Assembly (NCBI GenBank): GCA_963664395.2
Contig: OY761159.2
Coordinates: 1,536,001 to 1,600,000 of the forward strand
Source: Candidatus Binatia bacterium
GTDB taxonomy: Bacteria > Desulfobacterota > Binatia > Bin18
Reading direction: 5' to 3'
Length of the DNA stretch: 64,000 bases
The notes under the pieces are model-generated. The model ran no database searches. It had not been told where the DNA came from and worked only from the letters and a program-made list of their open reading frames with translations. Shown here in pieces: positions 38,216-46,602 of this stretch. Position 1 is the first letter of the stretch, and each line of letters starts with the position of its first letter. Position numbers and translations under genes: made by a program.

Positions 38216-41200
38216 GAGGAGTTTGTCCGGGGGGCGGAGGGGCGGGTCAGGGTTGAGGACTTTCCGAGTACGGGGGAAGCCGTGCAATTAGTGTGGCAAG
38301 AAAGTTTACAGAACTTCGTGCTCGCCACGGGGGCCGCGCCCGCCGGGGTGAACCGCGCCGGGGTAGCGGGCGTAGGGTATCTGGAGAATCCGGGGGCCAA
38401 TTCGTATCAGAGTGGGATTGGGGTGATCTCGGGCTGGGTGTGTGCGGCCGACTTAGTGGAGATTGAGCTCAATGGTGCCCGCCAGCCGGCGGCGTATGGG
38501 ACAGAGCGGGCGGACACCGAGAGTGTGTGTGGGGATACGGCTAACGGGTATGGCGTCTTGGTGAACTGGAACGAGTTCGGGGACGGGGCGCACACGGTAC
38601 GGGTGCTGGCCGATGGGGAAGAGGTTGGGCAGGCGACCTTCACGGTGACCACGCTGGGAGAGGAGTTTGTCCGGGGGGCGGAGGGGCGGGTCAGGGTTGA
38701 GGACTTTCCGAGTACGGGGGAGCAGGTCCGGCTGAGATGGCAAGAAAGTTTACAGAACTTCGTGATTGCCGGGTATGAGGCGGTGGACGAGGGCGGCACG
38801 CCGTCCGAGGAGCCGCGCGGGTCGGCAACGGGAGGCGGGTCGGCAACGGGAGGCGGGTCATCGGCGTCGGGGGGCGGGTCATCGGCGTCGGAGGGCAGGT
38901 CGTCAACGGGGGACAGTTCTTCGTCGTCCGGGGGGTCAGGTCAGTCGTCTGAGGAGAATACGCCGACTCCGTCAAGCGGGTCATCGTCCGGGAGTGAGAC
39001 CACCACGACCGATGAGGAGGACGGGTCATCTGAGGAGGACGGGTCATCTGAGGAGGACGGGTCATCTGAGGAGGACGGGTCATCGTCTGAGGAGAATACC
39101 CCGACTACACGTTCGAGGGCAGAGCAGCAGAGTGCATTGCAGAGTGTCTCCGAGCCGGCGGACGCCGACCTGCCGGCCGATACCAGTACTTCCGGGCGGG
39201 TAGTGGTGGGCGAGACTGCCACCGGCACCATCGCCGTGGTGGGCGACCGGGACTGGTTTGCGGTCACGCTCGAAGCCAGGACCGTCTACCGAATCGACCT
39301 GGAGGGCGTGGCCACGAGCCAGGGGACCCTGTCCGCACCCTGGCTGTCCGGGGTCCACGATGCGCAGGGTATTCTGCTGGACGACACCTCGGACTATTAC
39401 TTTACCGAGTCGCCTAACAGCCGGGTATTCTTCACGCCCCAGACTAGCGGCAAGTACCACGTCGCTGCGGGGGGAGACATTGGCTATAGGAATGTGGGCA
39501 CCTATCGGCTGGCGGTGAGTGAATTTCCAGACGACTATGCGGCCGATAGGACCACGACCGGGACGGTCAGTGTGGCCGGGAGCACCACCGGCAGGGTTGA
39601 TTTTCCGAATGACCGGGACTGGTTTGCGGTCACGCTCACCGCCGGGACCGTCTACCGAATCGACCTGGAGGGCGTAGCCACGAGCCAGGGGACCCTGCCC
39701 CAACCCTTGCTGGACGGGGTCCACGATGCACAGGGTATCCGGCAGGGCGGCACCGGGGGCCATTACGGTGCCGTGTCTGACGGCCAGGTATTCTTCACGC
39801 CCCAGACTAGCGGCAAGTACTACGTCGCTGCGGGGGGAGTCGTTGGCTACAGAAATGTGGGCACCTATCGGCTGGCGGTGAGTGAATTTCCAGAAGACTA
39901 TGTGGCCGATAGGACCACGACCGGGACGGTCAGTGTGGCCGGGAGCACCACCGGCAAGGTTGATTTTCCGGGCGACCGGGACTGGTTTGCGGTCACGCTC
40001 AAAGCCGGGACACCCTACTGGATTGGTACGACAGCGCAGAGAGGCTATCCTGTCCGGTACGGGGTGCATGACGCGGACGGCAACCTGATTGCCAATACCG
40101 CGGATGATAACAGTGGCAGGGACTGGGGAATCTGGGTGCTCTTTACGCCGCAGACTGACGGGCCCTATTACATCGTCACCGGGGGCAGTTATAACAGCGA
40201 CTACAGACTGACGGTGATGGACGCGACCGATGATTATGCAGCGAATACGGGTACCACCGGCACGGTGACGTTGGGGAGCGTGAAAAGAGGGGAGATCGAT
40301 CAGCCGGGTGACCGGGACTGGTTTGCGGTCACGCTACGCGCCCAGCGGACGTACCAGATCGACTTGCAGACCGACTTGCGGGTCCCTGTGAACCGTGTAA
40401 CCAATACCCGCCCCGATCCCTATCTGTACGGGCTGTATGACACGAACGGTGACCGGATTGCCAATACCGAGGATGATGCCAGGGTGATTTTTACGCCGGA
40501 GACGGCCGGGAAGTACTACATTGAGGTCGGGGAGGTCGGGACCGGGATTGGCGCCTACCGGCTCACCGTAGTCCAGCAGGACCTGCCGGCTGATATACAT
40601 ACCCCGGCCACGATTGCGGTCGGTGGGTCGACCACCGACTCGACGGATGGCCCCACCGATGTGGACTGGTTCAAGGTCACCCTGGTGGCGGACACGTACT
40701 ATCAGATTGATCTGAAGAGGACTGTTGGAGGAACGCTTCGTGATCCCTCTCTGCGCGGGGTGTATGACATGAACGGTACCCTGATTGCCAATACCGCGGA
40801 TGATGACAGTGGCGAGTGGTCCAATAGCGTCGTGTTCTTCAAGCCCTCGGCTGACGGAATCTACTACATTGCTGCCGGCAGCGCTCGCGGCGGCGGCTAC
40901 CGGCTGAGCGTGCGTGCCGTGCCCGCAGATGACTACACGGCCGATATCAGTACCACTGCCACGGTCAGTGTAGGCGGCTCAGCCACTGGCCAGCTCGAAG
41001 TGCCAGATGACAGGGACTGGTTCCGGGTTACCCTCACCGCCGGGACCACCTACCAGATTGACCAGGTTCACCAGGATGGTTATCGGAGGTGGAAGTTATG
41101 GGGGATTTATGACGCGACCGGCAATCTGATCCCCAATACCCAGGATAATAACGCTCACTTCAAGAGCCGGGTGTTCTTCACGCCCTCAACCACCGGTCCT

Positions 41201-41707
41201 CACTATATTGCCGCCGGCGCCACCGGGAAGTTCGTTGACCACACTCCCATAACCACCAACATACTAGTGGACTACAATGCCGCCCTCCACGTCGGCGGCT
41301 ACCGGCTGAGTGTGAATATCATTACGGATGACTACACGGCCGATGCGACTACCACTGCCACGGTCAGTGTAGGAGGCGCCCCAGTCATTGGCCGGATCGA
41401 AGTGCCGGGCGACGTGGACTGGTGGGCGGTGGAGCTCACTGCCGGGACAAGCTACCGAATTGACCAGAAGAAGCGTGAATATTCGCTTAATCCCTACCTG
41501 CGCGGGATTCATGACTCGTCCGGGATTCTGATCCCCAACACCACGAACGATAACGGGGGCGAGCCGGACAACATTTTTCTCCGGAGCTACAACAGCATAG
41601 TGTACTTTACGCCCTCAAACACCGATACTTACTATATTGCCGCCGGCGCCAACGGCAGTAATCCATACAAAATCGGCTCCTACTCGCTGTCGGTGAAGGT
41701 GCAGTGA
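37769..41707 (+). CDS. Paralogous large secreted protein with the same N-terminal module and a different set of seven PPC-like repeats
   Basis: Same MVHDQRIQR start and SD as the 33289 gene; repeats with DRDWFAVTL. Confidence 0.85.
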   Translation: MVHDQRIQRRAASFSRCKAEGGRGGWSVGGLGAVLFLLAAFVVPSSGVDGEPRGMVENPGPNSYQSGIGVISGWVCAAEAVEIEIGDFLPQAAAYGTERMDTAGVCGDADNGFGLLFNWNLLGAGEHTVRVLADGEEVGQATFTVTTLGEEFVRGAEGRVRVEDFPSTGEAVQLVWQESLQNFVLATGAAPAGVNRAGVAGVGYLENPGANSYQSGIGVISGWVCAADLVEIELNGARQPAAYGTERADTESVCGDTANGYGVLVNWNEFGDGAHTVRVLADGEEVGQATFTVTTLGEEFVRGAEGRVRVEDFPSTGEQVRLRWQESLQNFVIAGYEAVDEGGTPSEEPRGSATGGGSATGGGSSASGGGSSASEGRSSTGDSSSSSGGSGQSSEENTPTPSSGSSSGSETTTTDEEDGSSEEDGSSEEDGSSEEDGSSSEENTPTTRSRAEQQSALQSVSEPADADLPADTSTSGRVVVGETATGTIAVVGDRDWFAVTLEARTVYRIDLEGVATSQGTLSAPWLSGVHDAQGILLDDTSDYYFTESPNSRVFFTPQTSGKYHVAAGGDIGYRNVGTYRLAVSEFPDDYAADRTTTGTVSVAGSTTGRVDFPNDRDWFAVTLTAGTVYRIDLEGVATSQGTLPQPLLDGVHDAQGIRQGGTGGHYGAVSDGQVFFTPQTSGKYYVAAGGVVGYRNVGTYRLAVSEFPEDYVADRTTTGTVSVAGSTTGKVDFPGDRDWFAVTLKAGTPYWIGTTAQRGYPVRYGVHDADGNLIANTADDNSGRDWGIWVLFTPQTDGPYYIVTGGSYNSDYRLTVMDATDDYAANTGTTGTVTLGSVKRGEIDQPGDRDWFAVTLRAQRTYQIDLQTDLRVPVNRVTNTRPDPYLYGLYDTNGDRIANTEDDARVIFTPETAGKYYIEVGEVGTGIGAYRLTVVQQDLPADIHTPATIAVGGSTTDSTDGPTDVDWFKVTLVADTYYQIDLKRTVGGTLRDPSLRGVYDMNGTLIANTADDDSGEWSNSVVFFKPSADGIYYIAAGSARGGGYRLSVRAVPADDYTADISTTATVSVGGSATGQLEVPDDRDWFRVTLTAGTTYQIDQVHQDGYRRWKLWGIYDATGNLIPNTQDNNAHFKSRVFFTPSTTGPHYIAAGATGKFVDHTPITTNILVDYNAALHVGGYRLSVNIITDDYTADATTTATVSVGGAPVIGRIEVPGDVDWWAVELTAGTSYRIDQKKREYSLNPYLRGIHDSSGILIPNTTNDNGGEPDNIFLRSYNSIVYFTPSNTDTYYIAAGANGSNPYKIGSYSLSVKVQ

Positions 41708-41828
41708 GACGGGTGTGAATGCAGCAGGGAAACGTCAGGCCACTGCGGGCCCGCTGCGCGGGCGTCCGCAGCAGGAGGGAGGGATAATGCCTACAGGCAG
41801 GTCAGTTGGAGGCACCCTATGACTTGCG

Positions 41829-43088
41829 TTAGAGCTTGCCTGCCGCTCGCAGCTCTTTGACCTGCGCCTCTTGTACCAGTGCACCGTCTGCATACAACGC
41901 GGCGACCTGCTCTTCCGAATAGGCCAGCTGCTCCTGCAATACCTCTTCATTATGTTCGCCCAGGAAGGCGGCCCGAAAGGGGATCTCGACGTTCGCATTA
42001 GAAAAATGAAACGGCGATTTGGCAATCGGGGTTGAGCCGAGCAGCGGGTGGGGTACGTCTTGAAACAGTCCGCGGGCTTTCAATTGCGGATGCGCCGCGG
42101 CGCCGGGAATATCCAATATCGGAGCGGATGGCACCCGGGCTTCGGCCAGAATTTTCAGTGGCGTGTCGTCGTCCTCAAACGTCTGGAGCCAGTCTTCAAT
42201 ATATTTACGAACCTCTGTACTCCGCTGTATACGACCCTCCATTGTGGCGTAGCGTTCGTCCGTCGTCAGTTCCGGCTTGCCCATCGCCTGGGTAAGGGCT
42301 GGCCATTGGTGACCGGCGACGGCAAAAACGAGATAGCCTTTTTTTGCCTTGTACACGCCATAGGGACATATATTAAAAAAGTCTCCACCAAAACGATGCG
42401 GCACAATGGAGCCTTGACTCATCATAAAAAGCGGGAAGTTGACGTAGTCCAGGTAGACCAGAGATTCGAGCTGCGACACGTCAATATACTGGCCCACCCC
42501 ACTGGTGGCGCGGTGAAAGAGCGCGGCACAGATTGCGAGGGCACCATGAATACCCGCATTCGGGTCACCAAAATAGTTGCCAACATAGGTCGGTGGCCCA
42601 TCCGGTTCACCCGTCATGGCCATCACCCCACTCTGGGCCTGAGCGATAATGTCAAAGCTGGTATGGCTGGCGTATGGCCCATCCTGCCCATAGCCTGACA
42701 CCGAGCACATGATCAGTTTGGCGTTCAGCTCTTTGAGGGTGTCATAATCCAGTCCGTGCCGGGCCATGACCCCAGGACTGTAATTTTCAACAACAACGTC
42801 AGCCTTGCGCACCAGTTTATGGACGATTTCCTTTCCCTTCGGGTGCTTGATCTCAACACAGAGACTTTTCTTGCCGGCGCAGGCTGCGAGATAGAGCGCA
42901 CTTTGGCCATGCTCAACAAGATGGATCTGACGTCCCAGATCACCGCCGGGCGCGCGTTCAATCTTGATCACATCCGCCCCAAGGTCGGCCAGAATCCGGG
43001 TCGCAGATGGGCCGGCGAGATATTGGGTAAAGTCGAGAACCGTGATGCCGGACAGAAGTTTCTGGGGGCCCTTCGTATTGTCAGCCAT
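41829..43088 (-). CDS. CoA-transferase family III (CaiB/BaiF)
   Basis: VLDFTQYLAGP, LADLGADVIKIE, ADVVVENYSPG, SGYGQDGP, LGEHNEEVL. Confidence 0.95.
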   Translation of the reverse strand: MADNTKGPQKLLSGITVLDFTQYLAGPSATRILADLGADVIKIERAPGGDLGRQIHLVEHGQSALYLAACAGKKSLCVEIKHPKGKEIVHKLVRKADVVVENYSPGVMARHGLDYDTLKELNAKLIMCSVSGYGQDGPYASHTSFDIIAQAQSGVMAMTGEPDGPPTYVGNYFGDPNAGIHGALAICAALFHRATSGVGQYIDVSQLESLVYLDYVNFPLFMMSQGSIVPHRFGGDFFNICPYGVYKAKKGYLVFAVAGHQWPALTQAMGKPELTTDERYATMEGRIQRSTEVRKYIEDWLQTFEDDDTPLKILAEARVPSAPILDIPGAAAHPQLKARGLFQDVPHPLLGSTPIAKSPFHFSNANVEIPFRAAFLGEHNEEVLQEQLAYSEEQVAALYADGALVQEAQVKELRAAGKL

Positions 43089-43152
43089 TTCTCCTCCTCA
43101 GAGTAGTCGTAATGAGATGAAGCCTGTTGAATTGTGGCTGATCAATCCATAA

Positions 43153-43180
43153 TTGACAATGAGGCCGCAGGCATTGTCAA
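43153..43180. promoter_or_regulatory. Inverted repeat of TTGACA-containing boxes between divergent genes
   Basis: TTGACAATG-N10-CATTGTCAA. Confidence 0.45.
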
Positions 43181-43280
43181 CTTGACTCTCGTTGCCAGTC
43201 CCCTACGATAATGAGAGGCGATTGAGGGCACCGGGCCAGACACGTAGCAGAAATACATAGCGCAGCAGAAAGGATACAGC

Positions 43281-44255
43281 ATGTTGATCAAAACCCCACG
43301 CGGCTGGGAAATTCCTGAGCGCACGGCAACCCCGGAAGACGTTTTCCTGAACCGGCGCACCTTTCTGCAAACGCTCGGGATCGCCGGTATCAGCACGCTG
43401 GGTGTGTTCGCCGGGTGTGAAAGCTTGGGCGCAAAAGAAGCCCCGCTGATTCGCGGCCTCCCCGAACCAAGTGCCAGCGCCGGCCTCTACCCGGCGCAGC
43501 GCAACGAACAGTTTACCCTGGACCGAGCGTTGACGTCCGAAGTGGACGCGGCCAATTACAATAATTTCTACGAGTTCAGCGCGCGTAAAGAGATGGTCGT
43601 GCGCCTGGTCGAGGGCTGGCAGACCCGCCCCTGGCAGGTTGAGGTGGCCGGTCTGGTGCATAAGCCACAGACCTTCGATATTGACGACCTGGTGCGGAAG
43701 ATGCCGCTTGAAGAGCGCCTGTACCGCCACCGCTGCGTGGAAGCCTGGTCCATGGCCGTGCCCTGGACCGGCTTTCCCATCAAGGCGCTGGTTGATCTCG
43801 TCCAGCCGCTCGCGTCGGCCAGGTATCTGCGCATGATCACCTTTCACGACCCGCAAGCGGCACCCGGCCTGCGCAACGACACCTATCCGTGGCCGTATCA
43901 CGAAGGGCTCAGCATGGCCGAGGCTACTAATGATTTGGCCCTGTTCGTAACCGGCATCTACGGCCATGAGCTGACCAAACAGCACGGAGCACCGATTCGG
44001 CTCGTGGTGCCGTGGAAGTATGGCTATAAGAGCATCAAGTCGATTGTGCGTCTGGAGTTTGTCGCAGAACAGCCCAAGACTTTCTGGAATACCCTCATCC
44101 CCTGGGAGTACTACTTTGTTGCCAACGTGAATCCCGCCATCCCGCATCCCCGTTGGTCCCAAGCGAGGGAGCGCATCCTGGGGACGAGAGAAGTCAAGGC
44201 AACCCTCCCCTACAACGGGTATGGGGAGTTTGTGACGTCTCTGTATCAGACCTGA
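43281..44255 (+). CDS. msrP: Methionine sulfoxide reductase catalytic subunit MsrP (Tat substrate)
   Basis: NRRTFL, YNNFYEF, ERLYRHRCVEAWS, VVPWKYGYKSIKSI, HPRWSQA. Confidence 0.95.
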   Translation: MLIKTPRGWEIPERTATPEDVFLNRRTFLQTLGIAGISTLGVFAGCESLGAKEAPLIRGLPEPSASAGLYPAQRNEQFTLDRALTSEVDAANYNNFYEFSARKEMVVRLVEGWQTRPWQVEVAGLVHKPQTFDIDDLVRKMPLEERLYRHRCVEAWSMAVPWTGFPIKALVDLVQPLASARYLRMITFHDPQAAPGLRNDTYPWPYHEGLSMAEATNDLALFVTGIYGHELTKQHGAPIRLVVPWKYGYKSIKSIVRLEFVAEQPKTFWNTLIPWEYYFVANVNPAIPHPRWSQARERILGTREVKATLPYNGYGEFVTSLYQT

Positions 44256-44269
44256 AAACAAGCTTCTGA

Positions 44270-44357
44270 TCCTTCGACTTCGCCCCTCCGGGCTACGCTC
44301 AGGATGCGCGGATTCTCCCTCCGTCGGTCCTGAGCGTAGCGCAGCAGAGTCGAAGGA
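44270..44357. repeat. REP-like long palindrome
   Basis: TCCTTCGACT..GCTACGCTCAGGA / TCCTGAGCGTAGC..AGTCGAAGGA. Confidence 0.75.
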
Positions 44358-44400
44358 GGACTTTTCCTCTCGGAGAGGGCTGGATAGAGCAAAACCTCCC

Positions 44401-45447
44401 ATGTATACCCGTATCCTCTCCAGCGCTGTTTTGCTTTTCTTTTCCCTCTCCTGTTCGGTTCCCCCCGACCGCACGCCCGAGCTGAACCCCGACCCGTCGT
44501 TGCTGTATGCGGCCCACGGCCAGCCTGGGGCCTGGTTCAACCCCTGGCGACCCTCAAACAAGCGCTGGACCGATCTGTTTCGCTGGGCGGTCTCGCGCAG
44601 CGCCTATAGCGGCGAGTGGCGCGACCCGCCGCTCGTTCGGCGGGTGGACAACGACGGCCGCTCGTTTGCCTCCCCCGAAAACTCGGCCGCCATCACCTGG
44701 GTGGGCCACTCGACTTTTGCTGTCCATGACGCCGGGGATGTCTTTCTGACCGACCCCCACTTCGGAAAGCGGGCGCTTATCCCAAAGCGTTACCATCCAC
44801 CCGGCGTGCCAATAACTTCGATTCCGGGGAACGCCTTTGCTGTGGTTTCTCATAATCATTACGACCATCTTGATGCGTATACGGTTGAGAACTTGCCCCA
44901 GACCCTTACCTGGTTTGTCCCTATGGGACTCGGCGAGTGGATCGAAAAGAAGGGGAGAAAGGCGGTCGAACTCGACTGGTGGCAAACCGCCAAGCACGGG
45001 CGCTGGCAGGTCACCTGCGTTCCGGTGCAACACTGGTCGCAACGCATCGAGCAATCACGAGACTCCACCCTGTGGTGTGGCTGGATCGTTGCCAATGCCG
45101 AACGGACCTATTTTTTCGCCGGTGACACCGGCTATTTTCACGGCTTTACCGAGATCGGAAAAAAATTCGGTCCGATCGATGTTGCCATGCTGCCCATTGG
45201 AGCCTATGCGCCCCGCTGGATCATGCACTATTCCCACCTGAACCCAGCCGAAGCCTATCATGCCTTTCTGGACCTCAAGGCGCGCTGGATGCTGCCCTGC
45301 CACTGGGGCACATTTCGCCTCACCGACGAGCCGTTAGACGAACCACCGCGAGAACTCCGGCGGGTCGTTGAGCAAGCCGGCGGGACGCTTGATCCAATTA
45401 AAATTTTCGCCGTTGGCGAGCGGTGGGAGATTCCGCAAGGACACTAA
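44401..45447 (+). CDS. Metallo-beta-lactamase fold hydrolase (NAPE-PLD/RomA-like lipoprotein)
   Basis: TWVGHST, SHNHYDHLD, FAGDTGY, LPIGAYAP, HWGTFRLTDE. Confidence 0.92.
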   Translation: MYTRILSSAVLLFFSLSCSVPPDRTPELNPDPSLLYAAHGQPGAWFNPWRPSNKRWTDLFRWAVSRSAYSGEWRDPPLVRRVDNDGRSFASPENSAAITWVGHSTFAVHDAGDVFLTDPHFGKRALIPKRYHPPGVPITSIPGNAFAVVSHNHYDHLDAYTVENLPQTLTWFVPMGLGEWIEKKGRKAVELDWWQTAKHGRWQVTCVPVQHWSQRIEQSRDSTLWCGWIVANAERTYFFAGDTGYFHGFTEIGKKFGPIDVAMLPIGAYAPRWIMHYSHLNPAEAYHAFLDLKARWMLPCHWGTFRLTDEPLDEPPRELRRVVEQAGGTLDPIKIFAVGERWEIPQGH

Positions 45448-45526
45448 GAAGCGGAGGGGCACGGCTGCCGAAGGGGGGCGAGGAACCCACCCCTCCAAGG
45501 AGGGGATATCTCCAAACCCCTCTCTA

Positions 45527-46471
45527 TTACTGCGTAAACGTTTCGATCGCCTTCCGGACGGCCTGCGCGTAGGTCTGGTCTCCGACCGGCACTGGATTGA
45601 GGATCGGCAGGTGGATACCGGCTTCGCGGAAGGCGGCGAGCTGTTCCTGGCAACGCGAGGGCGGGCCTATCACTGACAGTTCGTCCGCCATCGAGTCTGT
45701 CACGCCGTGCCCCTGACCGTCCACGAGTTGTGCCGCTTCCCCTTCAAACCCGCTGTCGTGAAACAGCTTGTTATAGAAGGGCAGGCCACCATAAAATCCT
45801 AAGTTGGCTTTGGCCGCCTGCATGGCCATGTCCATATCGTCATGAATGCAGGCCGGAATACCCGTGGTAATATCAATGTCCGCAAGCGGCCGGCCGGCTT
45901 TGGCCGCCCCTTTCTCGACCGCAGCCAACGCCCTGGGCAGCCGACTCTTGGGACACAGATACAGCATGACGCCATCCGCCAGCTCGCCGCTGAGGCTGGC
46001 CGTGCCCAAGGCCAGGGCCGCGATATAGATGGGAATGTGATGTGTTGCTGCGCGCGGTTGCATGGCCATGCCGGGCAGCTCTTTACCTGCGGCCATATCG
46101 CGTATCGCGCCAATATACTGGCGCATGAAGGTGCGTGGTTTGTCCATTTTTTCCTGGTACAACCCTTCAACAATGGGGCGGTGACTCACCCCGAGACCCA
46201 AAATCAGCCGGCCGTGCGAGGTATCGTCAATCGCAATTGCCGTTTGCGCACACAGCGCTGCGTGTCGCAGGTAGATGTTCGCAATCCAGCTGCCGACCTT
46301 AATCCGTGAGGTGGCCTGGGCCATGATCTGGCAGTTGAGCAGAGAGTCGTTCATGAATTCCGGTGAAAAAATAGCCTCAAACCCAGCCGACTCCGCACTC
46401 TTGGCCAAGTCCTGTAACTCGGTGAACGTCAGTCCCGACATATTGGCAGCAACCACTCCGATACGGGCCAT
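45527..46471 (-). CDS. LLM-class (luciferase-like, possibly F420-dependent) oxidoreductase
   Basis: AESAGFE, ATSRIKVGS, GRLILGLGVS, PIYIAALA, GELADGV. Confidence 0.88.
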   Translation of the reverse strand: MARIGVVAANMSGLTFTELQDLAKSAESAGFEAIFSPEFMNDSLLNCQIMAQATSRIKVGSWIANIYLRHAALCAQTAIAIDDTSHGRLILGLGVSHRPIVEGLYQEKMDKPRTFMRQYIGAIRDMAAGKELPGMAMQPRAATHHIPIYIAALALGTASLSGELADGVMLYLCPKSRLPRALAAVEKGAAKAGRPLADIDITTGIPACIHDDMDMAMQAAKANLGFYGGLPFYNKLFHDSGFEGEAAQLVDGQGHGVTDSMADELSVIGPPSRCQEQLAAFREAGIHLPILNPVPVGDQTYAQAVRKAIETFTQ

Positions 46472-46602
46472 AGCAATACCTCCTTTTTCTGGTCATGCAG
46501 TATTTCAATGCGGAGGGTAGCGTATCACCTCTCCACGGTCAGACAAGAGAACTGAGAGGACCTGTTTATTGCTTTATGCTGCCCTTTCCGTTAGCACAAA
46601 GC

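Noticed and set aside
33289-41707. Diversity-generating retroelement explanation for the variable repeats
   Set aside because: No reverse transcriptase, Avd or TR/VR pair with adenine-only mismatches is visible, and the variation includes large indels.
43203-44561. 452-aa minus-strand ORF spanning msrP
   Set aside because: Antisense to msrP and reads through a REP element; no independent coding evidence.
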